From sequence record NC_042116.1: a stretch of DNA of 64,000 bases, one strand, 5' to 3'. The notes beneath the pieces were generated by a model. It made no database searches and was not told where the DNA came from. It worked only from the letters and a program-made list of their open reading frames with translations. The position numbers were made by a program, and so were the translations under genes. Below, in pieces: positions 10,397-21,037 of this stretch (positions are counted from its first letter, which is position 1; the number at the start of each line of letters is the position of its first letter).

Positions 10397-12298
10397 GTGT
10401 TATATATGATTATTACTAAATCCGTTATTCAAGTACTAGTAGATATTGCTGGTATAAATTCTATTCAAATTCTAAAAGATACCCTTCAAGCCGCTGTTGG
10501 GAATGTTAGTATCGTAAGTTATTCGGTAAGCCCATCAAAGGCAATTCTTTATGTAGAAGCACAACCAACTGAAGGAATGGTTACTTTTGATTTAGCAGTT
10601 AAAGGCGATGGTTATAGCCTAATTCATGTAGTTGAAAGTATTGTTACTGATAATCCAAACTACACAGAAGGATCTGTTGCAGAGGTTTTTGCCGAGAATA
10701 AAACAGATGAACCACTTTCTGCTACTGTAATTATTTTTGATCGTGATCCTAAAATTGATAATATTCTAACAAAAGAATTCAAGTTATCAAATATTAGTAC
10801 TTATGATGGTTTAGTTTCTATCAGTGTTGATGATGGTCTTATACTAATTGAGAAACAATGTAATGTTGTTATTGATTACAGTACTTATAATAAAGAAACA
10901 GGAACGGTGCGTTTTCAACAAACTTCTCGTTCAGAAGATCCTGCATTACACATTACTAGATATACAGAAGAAGAATTGGAAGACTTAAATCGAAGAATTG
11001 AAGAATCCAAAAAACGTAAAAAAGTAATTGTAGATGATTATATTATCAATAAAAAACGTGTACAATTATCTAATATAGAAGTTGTAAATGGTAATGTAAT
11101 GATATTTGATAAAGATAATAAAATTATTTTATTACAAGATGAATATAACCTTGATTATGATCGTGATTCATTTAATACAGATGATGGTACTGTTGTCATT
11201 ATTAGAACGGACATAAAATTGAATCATCTATTAGATACAGGTTTAAATGCACAAATAGATCAAGCTGTTGCTTATGATAAAGAATTATATAGAATTAATG
11301 GAACAAAACTTATTGAAGGTATTATTAATGCGTTTGATGATATTGAACATGATAATTATACATATACATCTATTGAAGACGAGACTAATATTAGCAATAT
11401 TCAAAAAATGAAAGAACTTCTAATCAAGATAAGTGAAGATGAAGATATAACAACTATGAGCCAATCAGTCCAATATCATTATAATGATGAACTACATTGT
11501 TTGAGTGAAAACTCAGAAGTTGATACAGAAGAACTAACATTAACTCAAGAAGAACTTCGTGAATTAACTAAAGTACAACGCAGTAATGAAGTTATTGAAG
11601 TTGAAAATGCAGTAATTAGTTTTGATGCATTTGATAGTTACGCTTCTAAACATCATGTAATTGGATGGGATTTAGCAACACCAAGTACTTTATCAATTAA
11701 GTTTATTGAAGGTATTACTCCAGAAAGTACTATTAGGAAATTTCACGATATGATGGATAATCTTGATACTGGTTGGATAAACAGTTATCAAATGAATAAA
11801 TTAAAATCAGTTGAAGAAAGTACTAAATTCTTAGCCGATCTCAGAAATATGATTATTGATGAAAAAGATATTGCAGATGAATTTATATCTCGTGTAAACA
11901 AGCATAACATATTTGTACGTGATAGCATTTCTAAAATCCGTGCTTCTTTACTTGATATGGAAAATGATTTTGAACGTTCATTAAAAAATGAAGTTAATTT
12001 ATCCATTGATTGGGATAAACTAACTGCCTATGCAGCTAAAAAAGAACGTACTGAACATCGTGTTAAGGGTGTTCGTATTATTTCTGGCAATGATGGTGTA
12101 ACATCTAATGTTGTTCGTGTTAATTCTGAATTCGAAAATGGTGATTTCTTCATTCCAATACATTTACTAACTGATGAAATACGTTCAAAATATGTAATTG
12201 AGAGTTATCCACAATACATTGAAGATGTTCCAGATTACGCATTCCATGAAGTACATTTAAATGGTCACTTCATTCTTATTGAAAATACCGAACTATAA
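10397..12298 (+). CDS. large acidic hypothetical protein
   Basis: 633-aa ORF, GTG start with GGA RBS. Confidence 0.75.
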   Translation: MLYMIITKSVIQVLVDIAGINSIQILKDTLQAAVGNVSIVSYSVSPSKAILYVEAQPTEGMVTFDLAVKGDGYSLIHVVESIVTDNPNYTEGSVAEVFAENKTDEPLSATVIIFDRDPKIDNILTKEFKLSNISTYDGLVSISVDDGLILIEKQCNVVIDYSTYNKETGTVRFQQTSRSEDPALHITRYTEEELEDLNRRIEESKKRKKVIVDDYIINKKRVQLSNIEVVNGNVMIFDKDNKIILLQDEYNLDYDRDSFNTDDGTVVIIRTDIKLNHLLDTGLNAQIDQAVAYDKELYRINGTKLIEGIINAFDDIEHDNYTYTSIEDETNISNIQKMKELLIKISEDEDITTMSQSVQYHYNDELHCLSENSEVDTEELTLTQEELRELTKVQRSNEVIEVENAVISFDAFDSYASKHHVIGWDLATPSTLSIKFIEGITPESTIRKFHDMMDNLDTGWINSYQMNKLKSVEESTKFLADLRNMIIDEKDIADEFISRVNKHNIFVRDSISKIRASLLDMENDFERSLKNEVNLSIDWDKLTAYAAKKERTEHRVKGVRIISGNDGVTSNVVRVNSEFENGDFFIPIHLLTDEIRSKYVIESYPQYIEDVPDYAFHEVHLNGHFILIENTEL

Positions 12299-12306
12299 TA
12301 CCAAAT

Positions 12307-12334
12307 ATACCAGCTTAATCGCTGGTATTTTTTT
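12307..12334 (+). terminator. intrinsic terminator
   Basis: ATACCAGC-ttaatc-GCTGGTAT-TTTTTT. Confidence 0.8.
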
Positions 12335-12380
12335 AATTAAGATTTTTGGAACAGAAAAAAATGATCTGGTATAATAGAAG

Positions 12381-12872
12381 TACAGAAAATTTTAGATACA
12401 ACTCTGATTGACAAGGATTTCCCTTGATGTGATATAAACCTGATCCTATCGAAAAGTAGATGGCAGATGAGTAGTTCAATCAGTACGATGAGCAGATGAA
12501 ACCCGTTAGAGTACTAGCAGTCATACAAAGAGACATAAGACTACGAATCACGGCAATGTGGCTCAATAAAGAAGTGAGATAAGCATATCAACACTTCCTC
12601 GATAGACATATAAGGTCACTTACCAATACGCTAAGGGAGCCAGAAATGGCACAGTACTAGTTTGGTCGAATAGATCAGTACTGAGTGGAGCAATGAGAAA
12701 ACTCCGACCGTTGCATATGACTGTGATAGAGAGAAACCGAGCAACCCGCTTTCGTTCTCCATAATTAAGTACAATGAAGTTGTATCTAAAATTCAGAGAA
12801 ATTCACAATTCGACAGATTCCGACGACTATCATCGTCAGGTATAAAATTAAGTACACGTGTGTACTTTTTTT
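12381..12872 (+). ncRNA. candidate large structured ncRNA
   Basis: ORF-free; upstream TTGGAA..TGGTATAAT; perfect 16-bp helix 12388-12403/12778-12793; terminator AAGTACA-cgtg-TGTACTT-T run ending ~12872. Confidence 0.6.
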
Positions 12873-13063
12873 ACGTCTTTATTCCCCCTGTGGGGGGATG
12901 AAAATACCTCAACAAATCTCGTCAGTATAATAGTATTAAACGTATTAAAAAATGAATTGAGTTGTTTCAGTACAAACGAAGTGAAGTACTGAATAACGAA
13001 AATTCTTTGACATTCGAAGAATGGCAAATCTAGTATAAAACAAAAATTAGAAGGTATAATTAT

Positions 13064-13690
13064 ATGGGTACACGTAATTTAATTGCTGCAATAAAAGATG
13101 GTCAAGTGAAAGTAGCACAGTACTGTCAATGGGATGGTTATTTTGAAGGCCAAGGTGAAGGTATTGCTAAATTTATTCGAGTTTCATTAGCAGAAGAAAG
13201 TACTTCTCAACAATTCCGTGATAATATTAATAAATGTGTGTTTGTTGATGATGAATTTATACGAAATGCACATATTGAATCTGGTCTAGACCCCGATGCA
13301 CAATATGTAGCAATGGGAGATCCCGCACTTAAACTTTATGAAGATAAGTATCCTCAATTTAATCGTAAAACTGGTTCGGATATTTTTGATCTTATTTTGA
13401 ACGGTACTTTTGAACTAAGAGATAATTTTTCTTTTGGTAATGATAGTTTGTGGTGTGAATTTGCTTACATTCTAAATCTAGATAACAATACTTTAGAAAT
13501 CTATACAGGTTTTCAAACATCCCCTTCTGATGATATTCCAGAAATATATCGTCGTTGGGTAAATGATCCAGATAGTGAATATTATCCAGTAAGACTACAT
13601 ACTATTGTTAGTTTTAGTGAATTATGGGAAAATGAAAATTATATGAATGAACTTGCTCAATCTGAACGAGATATTGAGGAAAATGAATAA
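13064..13690 (+). CDS. hypothetical protein (YCxxDGY family, paralog of 15724)
   Basis: MGTRNLI...QYCQWDGY motif. Confidence 0.75.
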   Translation: MGTRNLIAAIKDGQVKVAQYCQWDGYFEGQGEGIAKFIRVSLAEESTSQQFRDNINKCVFVDDEFIRNAHIESGLDPDAQYVAMGDPALKLYEDKYPQFNRKTGSDIFDLILNGTFELRDNFSFGNDSLWCEFAYILNLDNNTLEIYTGFQTSPSDDIPEIYRRWVNDPDSEYYPVRLHTIVSFSELWENENYMNELAQSERDIEENE

Positions 13691-13711
13691 TTAAACATAT
13701 AGGAAAATAAT

Positions 13712-14266
13712 ATGGGATTAGATATAACAGCTTACCAAAATATTAAAATTATAGATTCTCCTGATTTGGATGATAATGATGAAATTATTGGGTTATCATA
13801 TGATGAATATTTTAATGTTTATAATTATACATATTTCAAAGAACATTTCAAAGATTTAGAAGTTAATGGCTATTATGAGTTTGAAGATAGTTTTAATTTT
13901 AGAGCAGGTTCATATGGTGGGTATAATTCATGGAGAAATGAATTAGCATTTATTGTTTGTAAATTGAATAATTTATCTAGTACTTTACCATCAGATACAA
14001 AAAATTTATATTCTAATATTATATGGAATCTTCCTGAAAATAATAATATACCATTATACAAATTCATAAACTTTTCTGATTGTGAAGGTATAATTGGTAC
14101 TGAGTATTGTAATATTATATATAAAGAATTACTATCTATTGAAACTGAATTTAAATCACATAATTATATGTTTGATGATGCGTATAATCATAATAATAAA
14201 TTATTTGATAATTGGTTATTAGCATTTAAAATGGGTTCAGAAAATGGATGTGTTAGTTTTCATTAA
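13712..14266 (+). CDS. conserved phage hypothetical protein
   Basis: MGLDI...FRAGSY...FSDCEG motifs. Confidence 0.75.
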   Translation: MGLDITAYQNIKIIDSPDLDDNDEIIGLSYDEYFNVYNYTYFKEHFKDLEVNGYYEFEDSFNFRAGSYGGYNSWRNELAFIVCKLNNLSSTLPSDTKNLYSNIIWNLPENNNIPLYKFINFSDCEGIIGTEYCNIIYKELLSIETEFKSHNYMFDDAYNHNNKLFDNWLLAFKMGSENGCVSFH

Positions 14267-14281
14267 CAAAAGGAAAAATAA

Positions 14282-14575
14282 ATGCCTAACATGGGTTATT
14301 GTATGTTCGAAAATACATCGAACGATATGCAAGATATAATTGATGAAATGTATAACGATGATTTTGATCCAGATAAGTTAAGTATAACTGAACGTAGAGC
14401 ATTTGATTCGTTATGGGATCAATGTGAAACTATGCATAATAGATTATCTGAAATTGATGATATGTTACAACAACGGTCTGATGAGTATGAAGAATCTCAA
14501 CAAAAAAAGATGGCAGAACGCCCATTGGATAGTACTGATGATTTTTCAATACACACATTTACGAGGAAAGATTAA
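14282..14575 (+). CDS. hypothetical protein
   Basis: 97 aa, 'NMGYCMFENT', AAGGA RBS. Confidence 0.75.
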   Translation: MPNMGYCMFENTSNDMQDIIDEMYNDDFDPDKLSITERRAFDSLWDQCETMHNRLSEIDDMLQQRSDEYEESQQKKMAERPLDSTDDFSIHTFTRKD

Positions 14576-14775
14576 TGTTTAATGATGATGAACTTAATGC
14601 ATTTTATGCAGGTAAAGAACAAGGTTATAAAGATACTGAATATAAAAATCCACATATGGAATTTATTTCCGGACTTGGTGGTGCTGTTTCCATTGCTGAA
14701 GATAAATTACATCAACAGTTTAAACGTGGTTATGAATGGGGAAAAGCTCAAAAAACTGAGGAAGATTCGAAATGA
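14575..14775 (+). CDS. hypothetical protein
   Basis: 66 aa, coupled. Confidence 0.65.
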   Translation: MFNDDELNAFYAGKEQGYKDTEYKNPHMEFISGLGGAVSIAEDKLHQQFKRGYEWGKAQKTEEDSK

Positions 14776-15134
14776 ATCAAGAACCATATATTAAAACTAT
14801 CCGTACTATAGAAGAATTTCATTATAATCCAGAGTATGGTGATGAACGTATTTGTGAATGTGGACACTCTTATTATCGCCATTTTGATTCATATGAAGAA
14901 ATGTCACCAATCGGATGTAAGTACTGTCAATGTTTTGAATTTGTTGAAATTCAAGATGGAAAGGATACAATTGCTGATGCTGGTGACCAAGGGTATAAAG
15001 ACGGAAAAGCTGGTTTGCGATACTTAAACCCGTATGCTCAATATGGTTCAGATGGTCGTTGGCATGAAGAATACAAAACAAAATATAATTATGGTCTTGA
15101 CACTTATCGAGATTTAGGAAACACTAATGACTAA
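14772..15134 (+). CDS. hypothetical Cys/His-rich (Zn-binding?) protein
   Basis: CECGH...H...CKYCQC. Confidence 0.7.
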   Translation: MNQEPYIKTIRTIEEFHYNPEYGDERICECGHSYYRHFDSYEEMSPIGCKYCQCFEFVEIQDGKDTIADAGDQGYKDGKAGLRYLNPYAQYGSDGRWHEEYKTKYNYGLDTYRDLGNTND

Positions 15135-15438
15135 TAACGAAGCACTAAAATTAGCAGTACAAATGCATAAAACTTTCAATGAAGTTGATTCACCTATTAG
15201 TTTAGATTTTGAACTATGTGAATATCGTTGGCGTATTGATGGTGATTGTATTTGCTATATTGAAGAAGATGGTACTATTGACGACTTTGAAGGAGGAAAC
15301 TATTACTCATTAGAAATTTGTTATATTTCATATGAAGATGATGAATTTCTTCACGCAAAGGTTGACAATGGTTGTGGAGATCGTTACTATATAGTATTCC
15401 TAAAAGAGAATTTATTGCCTAATGAAAACGACTGGTGA
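15127..15438 (+). CDS. hypothetical protein
   Basis: 103 aa, coupled. Confidence 0.7.
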   Translation: MTNNEALKLAVQMHKTFNEVDSPISLDFELCEYRWRIDGDCICYIEEDGTIDDFEGGNYYSLEICYISYEDDEFLHAKVDNGCGDRYYIVFLKENLLPNENDW

Positions 15439-15715
15439 AGCACTTGCAGAATTGAATGAAATCAGTACAGGTTGGGAATTACTTTATGATGGTAGTCAAG
15501 GGATACCAGCCTTTTATGTTTTCAGTAATAATTATATTAAAATGACCTATTATTATGATGATCGATACATTGCTGAACATGGTGCAGTTCGTTATAACGA
15601 TGACCGTTCAATGTCTGGTGATTTTCAACATACGGCACATGATGCGTATGAAAGTTTAAAAAATGCTATGAATACATATGCTCAAAATATATTAAATCTT
15701 GTAATAAAAATGTAA
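15422..15715 (+). CDS. hypothetical protein
   Basis: 97 aa, coupled. Confidence 0.65.
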   Translation: MKTTGEALAELNEISTGWELLYDGSQGIPAFYVFSNNYIKMTYYYDDRYIAEHGAVRYNDDRSMSGDFQHTAHDAYESLKNAMNTYAQNILNLVIKM

Positions 15716-15723
15716 GGAATTTT

Positions 15724-16443
15724 ATGTCTACACGTTCAAATATTAATGTTAAAGTTGGTGATAAGTACCATTCAGTATATTGTCACTTTGACGGTTATCC
15801 AAGTGGTGTGGGTATGATGCTTGCACTCCATTATAATACTCAAGAATTAGCAGAACAATTAGTATCTAATGGTGATCTTTCTTCTGTTTATGAATCTTGT
15901 GAAAAACCAGAAGGGCATACATTTAATACTCCAGTTAAAGGTTACTGTGTATATTACGGTCGTGATCGTGGAGAACAAGATACTGAATTCACTGTAGTTG
16001 ATGAACCAGTTTGGGAAAATGTTTTTAGTTATGCATGGGATGGTACTAAGTGGACTATCTATGGTTACGAATATGATGAAGACGATAACATGACCGAATG
16101 GCATCGTACTCCATTAGATGAAATACTAGGTTTAGAAGTTGAACAAGTGGATAAAATTCTGGATGATGAAAGTACTAAAGTATTCAAGTATTTCGGTACT
16201 AATATGGATGAAGTTCAAACCATTTATAATGAGTGGGATGTTACATTCAATACACCTGATGAAAAAATGACTGATTCATATAATGAACGTATTCGTTGGA
16301 TGGTACGCCATCGATTTGCACCATATCAAGGTGTTGATGAAGATGGAATTTGGCATCATACATATTTTGGTAGAACTTTGTTTGAAGCAGTTAGTAAAGC
16401 AAATGAATATTTAAAACGTGCAAAATACTTAGAAGAAGAATAA
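15724..16443 (+). CDS. hypothetical protein (YCxxDGY family)
   Basis: MSTRSNI...VYCHFDGYP...YYGRDRG. Confidence 0.75.
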   Translation: MSTRSNINVKVGDKYHSVYCHFDGYPSGVGMMLALHYNTQELAEQLVSNGDLSSVYESCEKPEGHTFNTPVKGYCVYYGRDRGEQDTEFTVVDEPVWENVFSYAWDGTKWTIYGYEYDEDDNMTEWHRTPLDEILGLEVEQVDKILDDESTKVFKYFGTNMDEVQTIYNEWDVTFNTPDEKMTDSYNERIRWMVRHRFAPYQGVDEDGIWHHTYFGRTLFEAVSKANEYLKRAKYLEEE

Positions 16444-16444
16444 A

Positions 16445-16684
16445 ATGAATAGTGATATTTTTGAATTTCATCCAATTGATGATCTACATGAACCAAAAGA
16501 TGGTTCAGTAGTTTATATGAATAGATTTTGGATTGTTAAAGATAACTGTGTACTTCGTTTTATAAGAACTCAAGCGTGGCAATGTAATGCACATGAAATG
16601 ATTATTAAAAATGCTATGAAGGACAACCCAATTTTTGAAGGTTGTGAAGTAGTATTTTTTCAATATCTGTATATTCCGAGGTAA
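16445..16684 (+). CDS. hypothetical protein
   Basis: 79 aa. Confidence 0.65.
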   Translation: MNSDIFEFHPIDDLHEPKDGSVVYMNRFWIVKDNCVLRFIRTQAWQCNAHEMIIKNAMKDNPIFEGCEVVFFQYLYIPR

Positions 16685-16893
16685 TGAATATGAATGAACA
16701 GTACTTGTTTGATAGCCCTTTGGAGTGCATCTATCGGGCTATACGAGGTTTAGACCGCATGGCTGACCAAGGCGTCATATTAACCGAAAAAGATGCACTT
16801 GACTCTCTACAGAAACAATTTACAAGTCATTCACGTGACGATCTTAAACACATTTATAACACATATGGTGTTGTAGATAATTTTGAAATTTAA
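16684..16893 (+). CDS. hypothetical protein
   Basis: 69 aa, coupled. Confidence 0.6.
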   Translation: MNMNEQYLFDSPLECIYRAIRGLDRMADQGVILTEKDALDSLQKQFTSHSRDDLKHIYNTYGVVDNFEI

Positions 16894-16907
16894 AATAAGG
16901 ATACAAA

Positions 16908-17909
16908 ATGTCTCATTTTACAGTACTTGTACATATTCCATTTGAAGAAGTTCAAAATGGTGATATCTCAAAATTACTAGCAGAAAAACTACAACCATTC
17001 CATGAATTTGAATGTACGGGTATTAAAGATCAATATGTTCAAGAATATGATGAAACTGAAGAACAACTTGCATCATATGAAATCGATACTACTGATGTAG
17101 TATATAAGGATGGCGAAATTTTTGGTACACGTTATAGTGAACAGTGTGAAAGTTTTTGGAAACGTAATGGAATTGGTATTTCATCTGAAGATGAATTCAT
17201 TCTCCCTAACGGTTATGAATTACGCGAAAACACCTTATTAAAAGAAGTTTATACCTTTGAAGAATATCTATCTACTTGGCATGGCTATGCTCTTGATGGT
17301 AAACATTCTGATTTTCGTGATGGTCGTTTCTATAATTATAGTAATCCTAATAGAAAATGGGATTGGTGGACAGTAGGTGGTAGATGGAAAGGACATTTTT
17401 TAACCAAAGATGGTAAAAAAGAAGATCTAATTCAATTTAAAGACTGGGATTTAGTTGGTGCAATGGCAACCGCAGTACAAAACCATGTACACTTCTTTGA
17501 GAAGTATGAGGCATCTGGTTTAAACGAACTTGTATATAAATCATGGAATGAATGTGTTGATTTTTTCAATAAAGATTATAATGCAGCACGTGAATATTAT
17601 CATTCTCAGGAGATTAAAACCAAAATTCGTGAATTGTTTAATTCACCAGAAGAAGGGCTAAAAGATTACCTATTACATGATGTTGATACATTCTATAACG
17701 TATCACGTGACGAATTTATTAAAGCACGTGTCTTTAATGAGATTCGCACTTTTGCAGTACTAAGTGACGGTCAATGGTTAGAAAATGGTGATATGGGATG
17801 GTTTGGTATGGTCAATGATAAAAAAGAAAATTGGAATGAAATTTTCATTGACAAAATCAGTGGGTTCGATGATAATGATTTCCTAATCTTAGTGGACTGT
17901 CATATCTGA
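16908..17909 (+). CDS. conserved phage hypothetical protein
   Basis: MSHFTVLV...NP..KWDWW.VGGRW...MGWFG...VDCHI. Confidence 0.8.
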   Translation: MSHFTVLVHIPFEEVQNGDISKLLAEKLQPFHEFECTGIKDQYVQEYDETEEQLASYEIDTTDVVYKDGEIFGTRYSEQCESFWKRNGIGISSEDEFILPNGYELRENTLLKEVYTFEEYLSTWHGYALDGKHSDFRDGRFYNYSNPNRKWDWWTVGGRWKGHFLTKDGKKEDLIQFKDWDLVGAMATAVQNHVHFFEKYEASGLNELVYKSWNECVDFFNKDYNAAREYYHSQEIKTKIRELFNSPEEGLKDYLLHDVDTFYNVSRDEFIKARVFNEIRTFAVLSDGQWLENGDMGWFGMVNDKKENWNEIFIDKISGFDDNDFLILVDCHI

Positions 17910-17918
17910 GGAAATCTA

Positions 17919-18983
17919 ATGAATAAAGGTTTATTTTTTGGTAAATTTGCCCCGTTAACTACGGGGCATGTATCCGCAATTGCTCAAGCTGCATCTAAAG
18001 TTGATCAGTTATATGTAATACTTTGTTGGGATGAAAAATTCCAAAAAACATTAACACCAGATTTACAAAAAATACTAACACTGCGAAATCGATTAATGTG
18101 GTTAAAAGATACCTTTAAACATCTTAATCATGTTAACATTTCTTATGTAGATGAAACTGGTATTCTATCATATCCAGATGGAGCATATAATTTCACTGAA
18201 CTCGTTCGAGATGAATTATTCAATAAGTTTAATTGTTGTGAAATTGAAACTGTATTCAGTTCAGAAACTGAATATAATGACTATTTTAAAAACCATTGGC
18301 CTGATAGTAAACATATACTTATTGATCCACCTCGCGAATTTGTAGATATTAGTGCAACTCGTGTAAGGGAAAATCCATATACTCATTGGGATTTTTTGGC
18401 TCCGGCAGCCCACCAGCATTTTGTTAAAAAAGTATGTGTGATTGGCGTTGAAAGTACTGGTAAAAGTACTTTAACAATCAATTTAGCAAATCATTTCAGT
18501 ACTCAATATGTAGAAGAAGTTGGTCGTACTATTTGTGAACATGAATATCATTGTTCAGAAAGTATGATGAATATCGAAGATTACGTGTATGTTGCTATGG
18601 AACATAAAGTTAAAGAGCACAAATACGTAAAAACTGCAAATAAATTACTTTTCAGTGATACTAACAATTTAATTACACTTTTCAGTGCAGAGTGTATGGG
18701 TAAAACCAGTGTAGTACTAAGCCAAATGGCGAATGCTGAAGAATATGATCTTGTAATTATGCTTGACATTGATGTTCCTTGGGTGTATGATCCATTACGT
18801 ACTAACAATACAAGTGTACTACGAGAATCGACATTTGAACATTTGAAGTTTTTATGTCATGCACATGGGGTCAAATATCATCTTATTAGTGGTGATTTTG
18901 ATAATCGTTATAAAACTGCTGTTAAATTAGTTCAGCAATTGCTGGAAGGTACATTAGATGAATGCACTAATTACGAGTCTTAA
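17919..18983 (+). CDS. nadR: NadR-like NMN adenylyltransferase / ribosylnicotinamide kinase
   Basis: N-terminal 'GKFAPLTTGH' (HxGH-type), 'ISATRVR', P-loop 'GVESTGKST', 'PWVYDPLR'. Confidence 0.9.
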   Translation: MNKGLFFGKFAPLTTGHVSAIAQAASKVDQLYVILCWDEKFQKTLTPDLQKILTLRNRLMWLKDTFKHLNHVNISYVDETGILSYPDGAYNFTELVRDELFNKFNCCEIETVFSSETEYNDYFKNHWPDSKHILIDPPREFVDISATRVRENPYTHWDFLAPAAHQHFVKKVCVIGVESTGKSTLTINLANHFSTQYVEEVGRTICEHEYHCSESMMNIEDYVYVAMEHKVKEHKYVKTANKLLFSDTNNLITLFSAECMGKTSVVLSQMANAEEYDLVIMLDIDVPWVYDPLRTNNTSVLRESTFEHLKFLCHAHGVKYHLISGDFDNRYKTAVKLVQQLLEGTLDECTNYES

Positions 18984-19761
18984 CCTGTCACCGTCATTAG
19001 TATGGGGATATATTTTATTCCTTACTACCGTTTGTGGTTTTTATGTATATCGTATTGCAGGAACAAATATTAAATTATCACAAGTGTTTAGTACTTGCAT
19101 TACTGATTTTAAAGGTTGGACTGTAAAAGAATATGCTTGGCTATTCATTGCCCCTGCTATTATATGTGCCACATCAATTATTATGGGCGGTGGCTGGATT
19201 GAATTTATTTGTTCAGTAACTAGTATTATTGGTGCTATCCTTGTAGCTAAGGGTAAAATAAGTTCTTACGTTTGGGGATTTGTAGGAACAGCTTTATATT
19301 TGTATATTTCTTATCAATATAAGCTATACGGTGAAACAATTACTTATGCATTATTGTTCTTGCCTATGCAGGTTTCAGGATATTATTATTGGATTCGTAA
19401 TAAAAAAGAAAACAATACTGATGTTATTAAAAAAGTGATGAGTACTAAACAACGTATTTGTTTGTTCTTTGGTACAGCAGTAGCTATCGCCGCTTACGCA
19501 GGTTTCTTGCGTTATCTCGAAGGCTCAATGCCAGGTTTAGATTCAGCCACTGCAATTCTATCAATTGTAGCTACAACCTTGATGGTAATGCGTTATGCTG
19601 AGCAATGGTTGGTTTGGATTATGGTTAACACTGTGGCTGTTATTATGTGGATTATGGCTGTTATGCACCATCAAGACCAAGGGTTTGCAGTACTTGCAAT
19701 GTGGAGTACATTCTGGTTAAACTCAGTATATGGCTGGTATCAATGGCGTAAAGGTAACTAA
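18958..19761 (+). CDS. pnuC: nicotinamide riboside transporter PnuC
   Basis: multi-TM protein with 'GYYYW', 'DS..AILSI.A..LM..RYAEQW..W', adjacent to nadR. Confidence 0.9.
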   Translation: MNALITSLNLSPSLVWGYILFLTTVCGFYVYRIAGTNIKLSQVFSTCITDFKGWTVKEYAWLFIAPAIICATSIIMGGGWIEFICSVTSIIGAILVAKGKISSYVWGFVGTALYLYISYQYKLYGETITYALLFLPMQVSGYYYWIRNKKENNTDVIKKVMSTKQRICLFFGTAVAIAAYAGFLRYLEGSMPGLDSATAILSIVATTLMVMRYAEQWLVWIMVNTVAVIMWIMAVMHHQDQGFAVLAMWSTFWLNSVYGWYQWRKGN

Positions 19762-19763
19762 AA

Positions 19764-20009
19764 ATGAAATTGATTGAACATTCTCCAACAAAAGAAGTAC
19801 AGTACTATGGTTTCACCTTCACTGTGCCTGTTTGCATCAAATATGCCGCAGTGGATGCAAATGGTACATTGATGGGTTTTGAAGATGAACCGAAAGTTGA
19901 TCATGGATGGCAGTTTTGGGACAATACAACTGCTAATGAAATGGTTGAAATGGGTAAAGTTGATCTAGAAGGTCAAGCTTGGGAAAGTACTTTACAAGTA
20001 CTGAACTAA
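19764..20009 (+). CDS. hypothetical protein
   Basis: 81 aa. Confidence 0.7.
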   Translation: MKLIEHSPTKEVQYYGFTFTVPVCIKYAAVDANGTLMGFEDEPKVDHGWQFWDNTTANEMVEMGKVDLEGQAWESTLQVLN

Positions 20010-20058
20010 AATGTATAGTACTGCACAAGTTGTAGTACTTTTTAATTAAGGTAAAATT

Positions 20059-20298
20059 ATGGTATTAAACATATTATTAAAATACTTATATTTTCAACTT
20101 ACTAAATTAAAAAATTGTAAAATATTTTATTTTATAGCAATATGTATGCCAATTGGATTATTGTTAAATGCAATATTATGTGATTTTATTTTTAATGCAT
20201 CAATATTGACAAAATCTGTAATAATGATTATATTATTATTAATACAAATAGGTTCAATGTCCTATTATTTTTATCAATCACGTAAGGGATATCTATGA
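20059..20298 (+). CDS. small membrane protein
   Basis: two hydrophobic stretches, AAGGT RBS. Confidence 0.6.
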   Translation: MVLNILLKYLYFQLTKLKNCKIFYFIAICMPIGLLLNAILCDFIFNASILTKSVIMIILLLIQIGSMSYYFYQSRKGYL

Positions 20299-20723
20299 AA
20301 TATTTTCGTGTTAATGAAACTGATGCATCTGGTATTGGTTTAGATTTTTGGGCATATTTTGAATTACAAGATACTGATGATATCGATGAAGCAATTTCAT
20401 TATTTGATGAATTGAATCATTGGGTATACTCATTAGATTGCCGTCGAACTAAAGCGGAAGAGATTACCGAAGCACAGTATAAAACTGGTTTACAGTTCAA
20501 TAATTTGTATAATAATTATCATGGTCTTAATTATCTACGTATTAATTTTAATCTGTATCCAACATATGATATGGCAGTAATGTTTGCAAATAAAGAACAT
20601 CCAACTGGATATGTTCGTATTGGTCATTTGAATTATCATAATGTGTACAAAGTGAATCAAAATGGTGATTTCATGTTTGTATATCATCATTGGATGGATC
20701 GTATTGGAAAATTAGGTGTATAA
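20295..20723 (+). CDS. hypothetical protein
   Basis: 142 aa. Confidence 0.7.
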   Translation: MKYFRVNETDASGIGLDFWAYFELQDTDDIDEAISLFDELNHWVYSLDCRRTKAEEITEAQYKTGLQFNNLYNNYHGLNYLRINFNLYPTYDMAVMFANKEHPTGYVRIGHLNYHNVYKVNQNGDFMFVYHHWMDRIGKLGV

Positions 20724-20725
20724 TA

Positions 20726-21037
20726 ATGATTGAAGTTTATTATAATGATAAAACTGGTCGTGTAATGCCAGATGGTCATGTTATTCAGTACTGTACTGAG
20801 CAAGTGCAAAAAATTGAACATGTTGATGAAGTTGGATCTGAATTTTTGTTGATGGCATATCGTTATGCAATGAAAATTAATAATATCCCACATGATACTA
20901 TTCGTTTTCATTTTGATCATGAAGATTATGGACATAATACTGTAATACTTGATGAAGATTATAATATGATCTGTCCAGAAGGTGAACGTTTTATGTATCC
21001 TAAGTTGAATATTAAAATGTTGATGGAATTCTTTTGA
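20726..21037 (+). CDS. hypothetical protein (paralog of 21034)
   Basis: 'G...PDG.V' motif shared with next ORF; start refined to 20726. Confidence 0.7.
   Translation: MIEVYYNDKTGRVMPDGHVIQYCTEQVQKIEHVDEVGSEFLLMAYRYAMKINNIPHDTIRFHFDHEDYGHNTVILDEDYNMICPEGERFMYPKLNIKMLMEFF

Noticed and set aside
12381-12872. Group I intron or tmRNA
   Set aside because: Not inside a gene, no convincing P7 (R/S) pairing, no tRNA-like ends or tag reading frame.
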